NCBI GenBank assembly: GCA_963727445.1
Contig: CAVSGI010000009.1
Location: forward strand, 512,001 to 576,000
Direction of reading: 5' to 3'
Source of the DNA: an uncultured delta proteobacterium
GTDB lineage: Bacteria > Myxococcota_A > Polyangia > Polyangiales > B10-G4
DNA: 64,000 nucleotides
The notes under the pieces: model-generated
Seen by the model: only the letters and a program-made list of their open reading frames with translations
The model's database searches: none
Told to the model about the DNA's origin: nothing
Shown: in pieces, positions 20,311-30,288 of the stretch
Layout: every line of letters starts with the position of its first letter
Position numbering within the stretch: position 1 is the first letter of the stretch
Program-made: the position numbers and the translations under genes

Positions 20311-20482
20311 TCCAGCGCTGGCGGGGCCGGCTCATTCCTCCGAGACGGATCCCTCGCGCTGTCTCCGAAAGAAGCGGAGCACTGCGATCTCGGCGTAGAC
20401 CGCCGTCTGTCCGGTGAGCGTATCCACGGGTTCGTCGAGCGCTTCGACGACTCCGGCGCTAGCGCGTCGGGGCCCAAACGCG

Positions 20483-20511
20483 AAAACGCCGCCAGCGAAA
20501 GCCGGCGGCGT
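20483..20511 (-). terminator. Putative intrinsic terminator
   Basis: Hairpin ACGCCGCC-AGCGAAAGCC-GGCGGCGT followed by TTTT on the minus strand, downstream of the 20538..21059 gene. Confidence 0.6.
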
Positions 20512-20537
20512 CTTGCGCGCGTCGAGTCCGACTCAGC

Positions 20538-21059
20538 TCAAGGTGTGCAAGCCGTCTCGCAGTCGCCCCGACCCGTGGCGTTGGGGCACTCGGCGGCGGC
20601 ATCGGTCGCCGCTGCGGTGAGGTGCGTGGAGAGGCACGTCGTGCAGTCCATGCTGCCCATGTCGTAGAAGCTGAGGCAGGCCGCCTCGTCGTTGAAACGA
20701 GTCGGCATCATCGCGTAGCCGCAGGCGGCCTCGTAACCAGTGCAGAACGCCATGGCCGCTGCCGAGGCGCTGCCGCCGTCACCGCCGCCGCCGTCACCGC
20801 CGCCGCCGTCACCGCCGCCGCCGTCACCGCCGCCGCCGTCACCGCCGCCGCCGTCACCGCCGCCGTCACCCATCGTGCCGGTGTCACCGCCCGTACCGGT
20901 GTCCATGGTGCCGGTGTCGCCGGTGCCGGTGTCGCCGCCACCGCCGGTGTCGGCCGTGCCGGTATCACCCGTGCTGGTGTCGCCGCCGCCGCCATCGTCA
21001 CCGCAGCCCGTGCCCATGACGAGGGCCGCTGAGAGGAAGAGGAAAGAAAGTGCTCGCAT
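20538..21059 (-). CDS. Small lipoprotein with GDTG/GDGGG low-complexity linker and Cys-rich C-terminal domain
   Basis: MRALSFLFLSAALVMGTGC lipobox; SD GGAGG upstream; 15-bp GDGGG repeats at ~20772-20870. Confidence 0.8.
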   Translation of the reverse strand: MRALSFLFLSAALVMGTGCGDDGGGGDTSTGDTGTADTGGGGDTGTGDTGTMDTGTGGDTGTMGDGGGDGGGGDGGGGDGGGGDGGGGDGGGGDGGSASAAAMAFCTGYEAACGYAMMPTRFNDEAACLSFYDMGSMDCTTCLSTHLTAAATDAAAECPNATGRGDCETACTP

Positions 21060-21144
21060 GTCTGGTGTCCTCCGTAGGTGACGCACCGTAACAATCAAGT
21101 CGCCGAGCGCTCAAGTATCGAACAATCTCGCGAGCCTGGCGATG

Positions 21145-22521
21145 TCACCGACTGCGGTCACGACCCAGAAGCGACGGTGCGGCCTCCACGTCGGCGAGGC
21201 CGAGGATGGTGCGGGCCACGTCGTAGATGGCGAGCCCGGCGACCTCGCCACGCGCCGGCGCGTCAGCCCCCGAAAGCACAAAGATTCCGTCCCAGTCGTG
21301 GTTGCATCCGTCGGGGCCCAGGTCCTCGCCTTGGGTGTGGATCCCGCCGAGCCCCACCCGGCCGCTGGACCGATAGGCGAGGTCACCAAAAAAGACCATG
21401 AGGTCCGGCGGCGTCCCGCGCGCCTGTCGAAACGATCGCTCCGGGCGATGCACCACCGCCCCGAGAGGCGATCCGTCGGGCCGCTCGAGCCCCGAGACGA
21501 GCTGGGTCAGCGCGCCTTTGGCGGCGTCCATCTCCTGTGGCGGAAGCACGCCTTTCGCCTCGCGCCCCGCCACGTTCAGGAAGATCCGCGCGTAGTAGCC
21601 CCCTTCGCCCCAGGCGCGCGTGCGGGACCAATCGACGAGCTCCGGCGTCAGCGCCACCGGCTCCGAAGGCGCCGACTTCAGGGTGAGCCACCCCTCGCGC
21701 CGAAGCACCTCGTTGATGGCGATGCCGCCCTCGAGGGGACGGGCGCCGTGATCGCTCACCACCATCACCGCGGTGTCGTCGCCCACGACCTCGAGGAGCT
21801 CACCCAGCTTCGCGTCCAAGAAGGCGTAGTAGCGGCGGCCCGCGCCGACCATCGGATGATCGGGATCGTGCCGCGGATGCGCCGGGTCGAGGTGCGGGTA
21901 GAACGCGTGATGGAAGCGGTCGGGCCCCATCTCGACCATCATCATGAAGTCGGGGGCGCGCGTCTCCCAGACGTGGCGCGCGATGGCGAAGTGCTGCTCG
22001 CCCATGGCGTACAGCTCTTCGACAATCCGCTCCGCCTCGTCGCTCCGGTAGTCGGCGACGTCCATCCGATAGGCACCGAAGCGCTCCTCGAGCTCGGCGG
22101 CCAGTGCCTTCGGGAACGTCCAATCGTCCTCGGCGCTCGGCGTCAGGAAGCACGACGCCATCACACCGCGCACGGGCGTCGGCGGGTAGGTGAGGGGAAC
22201 GAAGAGCGCGGCGACCTTCTTGCCCGCCTCCCCGAGGAGATCCCACACGCGCTTGACGCGGACGTCGGCCGAGGTCGGCAGCGCGAGCGCGTAGCTGCGC
22301 GGCCGCCGGTTGCGAAACCCGTAGAGCCCGAGCTCGCCGGGATCGCGCCCGCTCACCATGCAGGTCCACGCTGGCACGGTGATCGGTGGCACGCTGGAGC
22401 GGAGCGGCCCCCAGGTGCCGCGCGCGCGCAGCGCGCTCAGGTTCGGCATCGCGTCGGCGAAGCAATCGAAGGCGAGCGCGGGCGGAACGCAGTCGAGGCC
22501 GACCACCAGGACGCGCGTCAT
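21145..22521 (-). CDS. Alkaline phosphatase superfamily / nucleotide pyrophosphatase-phosphodiesterase
   Basis: VVGLDC, PPITVPAW, DRFHH, VVSDHG, DGCNH. Confidence 0.9.
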   Translation of the reverse strand: MTRVLVVGLDCVPPALAFDCFADAMPNLSALRARGTWGPLRSSVPPITVPAWTCMVSGRDPGELGLYGFRNRRPRSYALALPTSADVRVKRVWDLLGEAGKKVAALFVPLTYPPTPVRGVMASCFLTPSAEDDWTFPKALAAELEERFGAYRMDVADYRSDEAERIVEELYAMGEQHFAIARHVWETRAPDFMMMVEMGPDRFHHAFYPHLDPAHPRHDPDHPMVGAGRRYYAFLDAKLGELLEVVGDDTAVMVVSDHGARPLEGGIAINEVLRREGWLTLKSAPSEPVALTPELVDWSRTRAWGEGGYYARIFLNVAGREAKGVLPPQEMDAAKGALTQLVSGLERPDGSPLGAVVHRPERSFRQARGTPPDLMVFFGDLAYRSSGRVGLGGIHTQGEDLGPDGCNHDWDGIFVLSGADAPARGEVAGLAIYDVARTILGLADVEAAPSLLGRDRSR

Positions 22522-22561
22522 CGGCCTCGATGGAACACGGGCGTGGGCACGGCGGGGCGGA

Positions 22562-22834
22562 TCAGGCGCCCAGGTCTTCCTTGAGCTTCTTGAAGCGGGC
22601 CTTCAAATCCTGGCCCAGGTCCTTCAGCTCCTCGGTGGTGCGGCCGACGACGCGATCCGCTTCTTTTTGGAGGTCGTGGAGCTTCGGCTCGACCTCCTTC
22701 CACTCGTCCTTGGCGTCCATCGAGCCGAGGTGGACCTTCAACCGGATCTCGTCCGCCATCCGGTGGAGCTCGTCCAGCACGTCGTCCACCTGGGCCCGGA
22801 CCTTGTCGCCGCTCTTCTTGTCGTCTTCGCTCAT
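22562..22834 (-). CDS. Small coiled-coil hypothetical protein
   Basis: DEIRLKVHLGSMDAKDEW, typical codon usage, SD GGAG upstream. Confidence 0.8.
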   Translation of the reverse strand: MSEDDKKSGDKVRAQVDDVLDELHRMADEIRLKVHLGSMDAKDEWKEVEPKLHDLQKEADRVVGRTTEELKDLGQDLKARFKKLKEDLGA

Positions 22835-22845
22835 CTCGTCTCCCC

Positions 22846-23706
22846 TCAGTCGTACTTGTAGAAACCCTCGCCGCTCTTGCGACCCAGCTTACCGGCCCGA
22901 ACCATCTGGCGGAGCAGGGTCGGCGGCCTGAACTGCTCGCCGAGCTCCGCGTGCAGGTGCTCGAGGATGGCGAGCCGGACGTCGAGGCCCACCAGGTCGC
23001 CGAGCTTGAGCGGGCCCATCGGGTGGCGGTAGCCGAGCTCCATCGCGGTGTCGATGTCCTCCGGGCTGGCGACGCCCTCCTCGACCATGCGGATCGCCTC
23101 GGCGCCGAGCGCCACGCCCAGACGGCTGGTGGCGAAGCCCGGCCAGTCCTTGACGACGATCGCCGTCTTGCCGATGCGCTCCGCGAAGCCGCGCGCGCGC
23201 GCGATGGCGTCGTCGCTGGTGCGCAGGCCCCGGATGATCTCGAGGAGCTTCATCAGCGGCACCGGATTGAAGAAGTGCAGGCCGATCACGCGTCCCGGAT
23301 CCGCCACCGCGCCCGCGATCTCCGTGACGCTGAGCGACGAGGTGTTCGTTCCGAGGAGCGCGTGCGGCGGCGCGAGGCGATCGAGCTCTCGAAAGGTCTC
23401 GAGCTTGAGCTCCATCCGCTCGGGGATCGCTTCGACCACGAGATCCGCGCCTTCGGCGGCTTCGCCGAGGTCGGTGGTGGTGGAGATCCGCGCGAGCGCT
23501 TCGTCGCGGGCGCTCGCCTCGACCTTCCCCTTGTCGACCAGCTTGGCGAGGCTCTTTTCGACCTTGCTCCTGGCATCATCCAAGAAGCTCTCGGCCACAT
23601 CGCGGATCACGACCGTCATTCCGGCAGTCGCCGCGACCTGCGCGATGCCGTGACCCATGGTTCCCGCGCCGAGAACCGCGACGCGCTCGATCTCTTTTTC
23701 GCTCAT
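22846..23706 (-). CDS. 3-hydroxybutyryl/3-hydroxyacyl-CoA dehydrogenase
   Basis: VLGAGTMGHGIA, VVEAIPE, TNTSSL, GLHFFNPV, HPMGPL, GRKSGEGFY. Confidence 0.95.
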   Translation of the reverse strand: MSEKEIERVAVLGAGTMGHGIAQVAATAGMTVVIRDVAESFLDDARSKVEKSLAKLVDKGKVEASARDEALARISTTTDLGEAAEGADLVVEAIPERMELKLETFRELDRLAPPHALLGTNTSSLSVTEIAGAVADPGRVIGLHFFNPVPLMKLLEIIRGLRTSDDAIARARGFAERIGKTAIVVKDWPGFATSRLGVALGAEAIRMVEEGVASPEDIDTAMELGYRHPMGPLKLGDLVGLDVRLAILEHLHAELGEQFRPPTLLRQMVRAGKLGRKSGEGFYKYD

Positions 23707-23775
23707 CAGGCGCCCGGGGTATCACGCCGGGTCGGCGGCCTCAATCGAGAGCCGCCGACCGGGGATGGAGGCACC

Positions 23776-24969
23776 TCAGCGGCCGACGATCGTCAGGTTT
23801 CCGCAGCGCGCGGTGCGGTTTCCGTCGCGGATTGTCACCGCGCCGCCGCTGCTGTTGCGGGGCACCTGGGCGCGGACCTGTCCGTCCCGCGCCTGCGACA
23901 CGGCCGCGATGTTGCCGCCGATCATGACGGTGGCGCCGCGACCGAAGCCGGTTCCGCTGAGCGTGATGTAGCCGCCGCGCGGTGCCCGCTCGGTGTTCGC
24001 CCGGCAGGTGAGGGCCACCGTGCCGGTGCTGCCCTGTCGGGTGCCGCCCGCGTTCACGGTGACGGTCCCGGGAGAGCCCGCGCGCACGCCGCCCGTCACG
24101 GTCGTGGTCGGCCGGTTGGTCGGTGTGGTGGGCGTGCGAACGGCGGTGCTCGGGCCGCGCGTCGCATCGGTCGGCGTCTGAACACGCACGCCGGTGCTCG
24201 GCTGCCGCACGGTCGGCGGGGTGTTGGTGCGCACGCCGCCGCGGACCGTGGCGTTGGCGGTGCCGGGGGTCGCGGTGGTGCGGGTTCCGCCCTGCACGGT
24301 GACGGTGGGCCGGGCGGTGCCGGGAGTCGCGGTGGTGCGGGTGCTGCCCTGCACGGTGACGGTGCGCCGTGCGGTGCCGGGGGTCGCGGTGGTGCGGGTG
24401 CCGCCCTGCACGGTGACGGTGCTCGACGGTCGACCCTGCACGCGGACCGTACCGGTGTCACCGCCCTGCACGGTGGCGGTGCCTTGCGTCGTGCCTCCGC
24501 CCTGCACGGTCACGGTCTGAGTGCCGCCGCCCTGCACCACGGTTCGAGCGGTGGCGGCGGGCTGCACGCTCACCCTCACGTTCCCCGGCTGCCGGTAGAC
24601 CGGCGCCGGCTCGGTGCTGCGCGGCCGCCAGTAACCCGGGTGGTAGTGGAATCCGCCGTCGACCTGCACGACTGCCGGCGCGGTCCACACGTAGCCCGGC
24701 CGGGGCGTCTCCCAGTGCCCGTCCACCCAGACCCAGCTTCCACGCCAGACGTAGTGGCCGCCGACCCACACCGCGTTCGCGTTGGGCTGAGGCGGACGCA
24801 CGCTCACCGCGGCGTGCACGGCCGGGGGCGGCGACTCCACCTTCACGTAGGCGGGGTCCTGGTAATAGACCGTCGAAGCAGTGGCCGGGCAGTCGTAGTA
24901 GTAGCAGCCGGAGAGCCCCGTCAGGAGCACGGCCGAGAGCAAGAGGGTGGGGGTGATCTTCGAAATCAT
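23776..24969 (-). CDS. YXWGXW-repeat lipoprotein with Thr/Val-rich linker and IPT/TIG-like domain
   Basis: MISKITPTLLLSAVLLTGLSGC; WVGGHYVW..WVDGHW..YVW..GYW; TVTVQGG repeats; ITLSGTGFG..ATVMIGG. Confidence 0.8.
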   Translation of the reverse strand: MISKITPTLLLSAVLLTGLSGCYYYDCPATASTVYYQDPAYVKVESPPPAVHAAVSVRPPQPNANAVWVGGHYVWRGSWVWVDGHWETPRPGYVWTAPAVVQVDGGFHYHPGYWRPRSTEPAPVYRQPGNVRVSVQPAATARTVVQGGGTQTVTVQGGGTTQGTATVQGGDTGTVRVQGRPSSTVTVQGGTRTTATPGTARRTVTVQGSTRTTATPGTARPTVTVQGGTRTTATPGTANATVRGGVRTNTPPTVRQPSTGVRVQTPTDATRGPSTAVRTPTTPTNRPTTTVTGGVRAGSPGTVTVNAGGTRQGSTGTVALTCRANTERAPRGGYITLSGTGFGRGATVMIGGNIAAVSQARDGQVRAQVPRNSSGGAVTIRDGNRTARCGNLTIVGR

Positions 24970-25025
24970 CGGTTTTGCCCTTTCATGGGCTGATGTCCGT
25001 TCTACGGAGGCGGCGGGCCGGGTAT

Positions 25026-26198
25026 TCAGAGGCGCCGGAGCTCCTTGGGGATCTCGTAAGAAACTCGCAAGGTGCCGTCGCGGCCCAGGTGGAAGCAGGT
25101 CGTGAGGCGCATCCCCCATTCGGCCTGGTAGATGCCTGGATGGAGCACGAAGAGGTACCCGGGCTCGACCGGCCGCGTGTCGTGCATTTCGAGCCCATCG
25201 AGCTGGGTGCCTGGCGCGACCTGTCCATCCGGGGTCAGCCCGTGGCCGGCGCGATGAAGCACGCGATCCTTCGCACCGCCGCTGGCGAAGACGTCGCGCG
25301 TCTTGCGATCGACCTCGAAGCCGAGGAGCCGCCTGCCCGCTTCGGTCCGTGACGCCACCAGGGCGATCGCCTCGCGGATCGCGCTGGCCGTCAGCGCGTA
25401 CGCGTCCGCGAGCTCCGGCGGCACCTGTGTGCCGACGAAGGCGACCTGCCCGATCTCCGCGGCCGCGCCCCCTCCTGCGCGGCCCACCACGGTGATGGAG
25501 ACGAGGTCGCCTCGGCGGAGCGGCCAATCGGTGGCGTCCGTGGGGACATGAGTCGGGTCGCTGGTGTTCGGACCGCTCGCGACGCGCGCCGGCTGGACGA
25601 GGGTGAGGTCGTGCGCGGCGGCGAGCTCGTCGATGCGTGCGATCAACCGGCGCTCGGTGGGCGGCTGTCCATCGGCGATGGCGGAGGCGAGCCAGAGGAA
25701 GCTCGCCTCGAGGAGAGCGGCGAGCGCGTCGGCGCTCTCGTGATGACTGCGAAGCTCCTCGTCGGACCACCGCGCCATGAGCCGGCGCGTCAGCGCTTCG
25801 GAGGAGACCACGTGCGGGCCGTAGCTCTGGACCAGCGCGATCGTGCCCGCGTCCACGCGACCGAGATCCGCGTCGAGGCCCATCGGTGAATGCTCCATCG
25901 CGACGATTCCCCGGGCGGGCAGGGTGCGCTCGAGACCTCTGCGGAGCTCGGGCCAGCTGCGAAAGGCGAGGACCTCACCAGGCAGGCTCGGGAAGCGCTC
26001 CACCTCGGCGCGATGCGCGAGGAGCACGGGGATGCCGTCGGCGGGGATCCAGTAGAACCACCGGCGCCGGCACAGGGAGCGGTCGACCGAGAGCAGGCGC
26101 TCGGCGATCGGGTTCACGCCGCCCATGCTCACGAGGAGCCAGCCCGTGAGCTCTTCGTCGCGAAGCGCGAGCTGAACGTCGCCGAGCCGTTCGAGCAT
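25026..26198 (-). CDS. M24 (Xaa-Pro aminopeptidase)-like protein with degenerate metal ligands
   Basis: RRWFYWIPA, VDAGT, HRAGHGL, HPGIY fit the M24 fold; several expected acidic ligands are replaced. Confidence 0.8.
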   Translation of the reverse strand: MLERLGDVQLALRDEELTGWLLVSMGGVNPIAERLLSVDRSLCRRRWFYWIPADGIPVLLAHRAEVERFPSLPGEVLAFRSWPELRRGLERTLPARGIVAMEHSPMGLDADLGRVDAGTIALVQSYGPHVVSSEALTRRLMARWSDEELRSHHESADALAALLEASFLWLASAIADGQPPTERRLIARIDELAAAHDLTLVQPARVASGPNTSDPTHVPTDATDWPLRRGDLVSITVVGRAGGGAAAEIGQVAFVGTQVPPELADAYALTASAIREAIALVASRTEAGRRLLGFEVDRKTRDVFASGGAKDRVLHRAGHGLTPDGQVAPGTQLDGLEMHDTRPVEPGYLFVLHPGIYQAEWGMRLTTCFHLGRDGTLRVSYEIPKELRRL

Positions 26199-26258
26199 CG
26201 GCGAAAGCTAACGCCACCCTGGGCCGGAGGAAAGAACACTCGCGTCGAAGCCGACGCG

Positions 26259-27020
26259 TCAGCCGGCGTCGATGAGGCGACGGGCCTCGTGGGTCAGCGT
26301 CTGGACCTCTTCCTGGAGCGATGCGGCGAGCGCGCTCGCCCTTCGACGCGCGACCCGGCGGGGCTCCCCGACGGCGGCTCCGACGGGCGTTCGGCGACGG
26401 GCGGCGACACGACCGAGGTGCGACGCGAAGGACTCCTCGAAGTATTCGACGCCAGGCGGATAAGCAATCCCCATCGGGACAATCTCGACATCGAGGCCGC
26501 TCGTCGCGGCGAAGACCCCCGGCTTGAAGGGGCGGACCTCGTCGCCCGGGTAGGTGGTGCCCTCCGGAAAGACAGTGACCGTGTGCCCGTCCTTGAGCGC
26601 GCTCCGGATCTGCCGGATGGCGGAGGCGCCGCTCGACCGGCTCTCCCGGTCGACGAAGATCGTTCCCGTTCGTTGCGCGAGTCGTCCCGCCACCGGCCAG
26701 TCCGCGATGTCCCCACGGCTCAGGATCCGACCGCCGAAGAGCGCGGTGGCGACCAGGATGTCGACCGCGCTCCGGTGGCTCGAGACCACCAGCCGTCCCA
26801 CGGTCGCGACAGGAACGTCCCCTTCGGCCCGAAGATCGATCCCCATCAGGCGCAGCTGGGCGGCAGCCCATCGCTTCAGGTGGCGTTGGAAGAGCGCCTC
26901 CCTTTCATCCGGCGGCGTGAAACGCAGGATGATCTCGCAGCGCCCGAGCCTGGCCGCCGTGCTACCGGCGATCGCCAGGCCGCGTGCCGCGATGGTCGCC
27001 CTTTTCGAGATCGATGACAT
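26259..27020 (-). CDS. Lysophospholipid acyltransferase (PlsC family)
   Basis: SSHRSAVDI (HX4D), IFVDR, VFPEGT, FKPG. Confidence 0.92.
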   Translation of the reverse strand: MSSISKRATIAARGLAIAGSTAARLGRCEIILRFTPPDEREALFQRHLKRWAAAQLRLMGIDLRAEGDVPVATVGRLVVSSHRSAVDILVATALFGGRILSRGDIADWPVAGRLAQRTGTIFVDRESRSSGASAIRQIRSALKDGHTVTVFPEGTTYPGDEVRPFKPGVFAATSGLDVEIVPMGIAYPPGVEYFEESFASHLGRVAARRRTPVGAAVGEPRRVARRRASALAASLQEEVQTLTHEARRLIDAG

Positions 27021-27073
27021 GGCCTCGAACGCTCTGCCTACCGCTCCTGGGGATATGGTGGCAAGCTTGGGAC

Positions 27074-27643
27074 GTGGAGTCCGAGATCGCTCCCTGTTTC
27101 CTGGTTGCGGCGCCGTCTCTCACGTGCCCGTTCTTCAACCATACCGTGGTGCTCCTCGTCGATCACCGTGATGACGGCTCGCTCGGTTTCGTCATCAACA
27201 AGCCGGCGGACATCGAGCTGGGCTCGCTCCTCGATCAGATCGGCATCGACGTCGACGTGCCGAACTTCGGTGAGGAGCCAGTGATGCTCGGCGGGCCGGT
27301 CTCGCCGGAGACCGGTTGGGTCATCTTCGATCAGAAGACCGTCGCGCACCCGTCGGAGGGCGTGCTCTCCCTGACCCCGGAGCTGGGCGTCAGCGCGAAC
27401 CTCGAGGTGCTCGAGGAGATCGCGCGGGGCGACGGACCGGACAGCTATCTGATGATGCTCGGCTATGCTGGGTGGGGGCCTGGGCAGCTCGACCAGGAGA
27501 TCCGCGAAGGCAGCTGGATCGCTGTCGACCTCGACCCGAAGCTCGTCTTCCGAACGCCGGTCGAGGATCGCTGGTCTGCCGCCCTGGCCACGCTCGGGAT
27601 CGACCCCGCGCGCATGGCCGCCACCGTCGTCGCCGACGCCTGA
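27074..27643 (+). CDS. yqgE: YqgE/AlgH family protein
   Basis: FLVAAPSL..F..TVVLL, GFVINKP, GGPV, LGYAGWGPGQLDQEI..GSW; start uncertain (GTG 27074). Confidence 0.92.
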   Translation: MESEIAPCFLVAAPSLTCPFFNHTVVLLVDHRDDGSLGFVINKPADIELGSLLDQIGIDVDVPNFGEEPVMLGGPVSPETGWVIFDQKTVAHPSEGVLSLTPELGVSANLEVLEEIARGDGPDSYLMMLGYAGWGPGQLDQEIREGSWIAVDLDPKLVFRTPVEDRWSAALATLGIDPARMAATVVADA

Positions 27644-27651
27644 TCCGCTCT

Positions 27652-28857
27652 TCAGCCGAGCCCGAGCCCGAGCTCGTGACGGTACTGGTGCAGGAAGATG
27701 CCGAGCATTCGACAGGCGATGGTCGGCAGGATCAGGGCGACGCAGCTTCGGATGAGGCCCGGCAGGAAGGGAATCAGGATGGGCTTGGTCACCATGAAGA
27801 CCCCTGCCATCGTCGCCGAGTGAATGATCATCACCACGCCCACGGCGAGGGTGGTCAGGATGTAGGGACCGGGGACGCGCGTCATGATGAGCACGCCTGC
27901 CACCGGGTTGAGGGGGCCCAGGCATCCACCGGTGAGGCTCGCAACCATCACCGACGCGGGCATGTAGGCGAGCCCCAACAGAAGTAGAAGCCCGGTGATG
28001 GGGATGACCGCGGGGCTGTTGGCGCCGATGACATAGGCGCCGAGGATCGCCGGGACGAAGGGAACGGCGAGAGCGACGAAGAAGCGAAAGCTGGGGACGA
28101 GGAGGTCGAAGAGGTCGACGAACTCCCCGCCGCGCGGCAGCTCATCTTCTCCTTCGCCGCTGTCCTGGATGACGCGGAAGAAGAAGATCGCTTGCACGCC
28201 CAACCAGAGGAAGAAGCCGACGATCGGGATGATGCTGGCCAGGGTCGCCACCAGTACGACGCCGAGGAAGATCGCCGGTGCCGACTTCTGAAACGGATAG
28301 CTGAACGCGCCGAGCAGCCGGGGGAGGAGGGGGCGCAGCTCATCGCCCTCGTCCTCCTTCGGGGTGACGGGCGGATCGGTCGGGGCCGCCGCCGGCGCCA
28401 TGGACGGCGGGCGGGCCGAGTCGTATCGGGCCGTGTCGAGACCGACGGCGTCGAAGTCCGGCACTGGGAGGGACTCGATGGTCAGCGGATCTTCGGCGGC
28501 GAGCTCGAAGGCGGCGGGCGGCGAGGACGCGTGAGGCGTGAGGAAGCTGGGATCGGGCGGCGCGAGGATGGGCTCCATCGGTGCCGGGCCTGCCCCGGAG
28601 GGAGGCGACGACGCCGCGGGCGGACGCATGGACGGGACGACGCGCTTTTCGAGTCGAACCTGGGCGCCGATACTGCGTAGGTGGTTGAAGAAGCGCTCGG
28701 CGGTGTGCTCGTCGACGTTGCGCTTCACCACCACCGGCGCGCGACGAACGATCTTCTCGGCGGTGCGCGTGTCGATCCCGAAGACGCGCGCCAGCTCTCC
28801 CACCGGGTCGCCAGCACCAGCCTCGAAGCCGAGGACCCGAATGTCGAAGACCTCCAT
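27652..28857 (-). CDS. Membrane protein with Pro-rich linker and DUF4013-like TM region
   Basis: N-terminal APVVVKRNVD..AE domain, Pro-rich linker, GAFSYPF followed by several TM helices. Confidence 0.7.
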   Translation of the reverse strand: MEVFDIRVLGFEAGAGDPVGELARVFGIDTRTAEKIVRRAPVVVKRNVDEHTAERFFNHLRSIGAQVRLEKRVVPSMRPPAASSPPSGAGPAPMEPILAPPDPSFLTPHASSPPAAFELAAEDPLTIESLPVPDFDAVGLDTARYDSARPPSMAPAAAPTDPPVTPKEDEGDELRPLLPRLLGAFSYPFQKSAPAIFLGVVLVATLASIIPIVGFFLWLGVQAIFFFRVIQDSGEGEDELPRGGEFVDLFDLLVPSFRFFVALAVPFVPAILGAYVIGANSPAVIPITGLLLLLGLAYMPASVMVASLTGGCLGPLNPVAGVLIMTRVPGPYILTTLAVGVVMIIHSATMAGVFMVTKPILIPFLPGLIRSCVALILPTIACRMLGIFLHQYRHELGLGLG

Positions 28858-28901
28858 CCCCCTGTCGAGAGCCTACCCCACGACCCGGGTGGGGCGACAA
28901 G

Positions 28902-29267
28902 TCAGAGCTCGTAAACGCAGCGCGACGCGCAGGTCTCGTGCACGGTCACCGAGACCAGGCGCGCTGGCGACGGGACGTCGAGTCGCTCGGCGATGAAGCG
29001 CGCGAGGTTTTCGCTCGTCGGGTTCTCGAGGCCCTCGACCTCGTTGAGGTAGCGATGGTCGAGCAGCTCGTGGAGCGGCTTCCACGCGGCCGCGACGTCG
29101 GCGAAGTCCACGACCCAACCGAGCTTCGAATCGATGGGCCCTTCGACCCGCACCGTCACGCGGAAGCTGTGTCCGTGCAGTCGATGACACTTGTGATCCT
29201 CGGGGAGGTGAGGGAGGCGATGCGCTGCCTCGAAGCGCAGCTCCTTTTCGATGAAGGTCCGGCCCAT
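28902..29267 (-). CDS. queD: 6-carboxy-5,6,7,8-tetrahydropterin synthase
   Basis: FEAAHRLP..HKCHRLHGHS, DHRYLN..GLENPTSENLA, HET. Confidence 0.95.
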   Translation of the reverse strand: MGRTFIEKELRFEAAHRLPHLPEDHKCHRLHGHSFRVTVRVEGPIDSKLGWVVDFADVAAAWKPLHELLDHRYLNEVEGLENPTSENLARFIAERLDVPSPARLVSVTVHETCASRCVYEL

Positions 29268-29294
29268 CGCGGGCTGGTGTAGCATGGCCGGCCC

Positions 29295-29771
29295 ATGGAT
29301 GAAGCGTCTGCCCGCCCTCCGCGCCTCTCCTTCACCGAGATGAGCGAAATCCTGTTGCCGCAGCACGCCAACGCGCTCGGCACGGCCTTCGGCGGCGTCG
29401 TCCTGTCGTGGATCGACGTCTGCGGCGCCATCGCCGCCCAGCGCCACTGCGGCCGCGTCGCGGTCACCGCGGCCATCGACGACATGCAATTCCTGGCGCC
29501 TCTGCGGGTCGGTGACGTCGTCCGATTGACGGCCCGGGTCAACGCCGCCTTCCGCACTTCGCTCGAGGTCGAAGTGCGGGTCGAGCGCGAGGACATCGCG
29601 ACCCGGGCGCGGACCCTCTGCGCCGATGCCCTTCTGACTTTCGTCAATCGCGACGAGGAAGGCCGCCCGGTGCCGGCACCGCCCCTCGCGCCGGAGACGG
29701 AGGAGGAGCGGAAGCGCGTGGAAGCCGCACGCGAGAGACGCGCCGCGCGCCTCGCCAAAAAGCGCGCGTAG
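29295..29771 (+). CDS. Acyl-CoA thioesterase (hotdog fold, YciA-like)
   Basis: PQHANALGTAFGGVVLSWID, VTAAID, RTSLEV. Confidence 0.93.
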   Translation: MDEASARPPRLSFTEMSEILLPQHANALGTAFGGVVLSWIDVCGAIAAQRHCGRVAVTAAIDDMQFLAPLRVGDVVRLTARVNAAFRTSLEVEVRVEREDIATRARTLCADALLTFVNRDEEGRPVPAPPLAPETEEERKRVEAARERRAARLAKKRA

Positions 29772-29855
29772 GACGTGCCCGGTCGGCAGTGACGTCGACC
29801 CTGAATGGTCCCTGCGCTCGACGCGATTGCGGCGATCCGACGCTCGAATCCGACG

Positions 29856-30239
29856 TCACGGTGGCTCGAAGAAGTGGCGCCACGGCAGGAGCCCTGGTGG
29901 GATGCCGATCGCGCCGGTGTCGTCGTCGACCGGGAGATCGTGCACCTCGACGACGGCGTCGAGCGGGAGCGAACCGTAGAGGTGGGGAAAGTGCTCGCCG
30001 CTGGGCGTGGGCGGAACGCCCGGCTCGAAGCGGATGGCATCCGCGCCGAGGCGGTCCGCGCGGATGGAGAGCAGCACGAGATCGCGCTGGCCACCGTAGA
30101 AGCGGTTGGCGGTGGCGAGCCACTGGCGGTCGCCCGAGAGGTGGATGAAGCCCTCTTTGTCGAGTGAAGGGGTGCGGTAGACGCCTTCGGCCTGCGCGCG
30201 CGTCCACGCGTCACGCGTCGTGATGTGGAAGAGTCCCAC
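29856..30239 (-). CDS. DUF952 family protein
   Basis: SLDKEGFIHLS, ANRFY, FPHLYG. Confidence 0.9.
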   Translation of the reverse strand: MGLFHITTRDAWTRAQAEGVYRTPSLDKEGFIHLSGDRQWLATANRFYGGQRDLVLLSIRADRLGADAIRFEPGVPPTPSGEHFPHLYGSLPLDAVVEVHDLPVDDDTGAIGIPPGLLPWRHFFEPP

Positions 30240-30288
30240 GCGACGAGTCTGACACCGCTCGGCGGCGAGCGGTGACTGATGCGTCGGC

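Noticed and set aside
28902..29267. queD as part of a 7-deazaguanine DNA-modification (dpd) island
   Set aside because: No dpdA, queC, queE or folE neighbours; the context is housekeeping.
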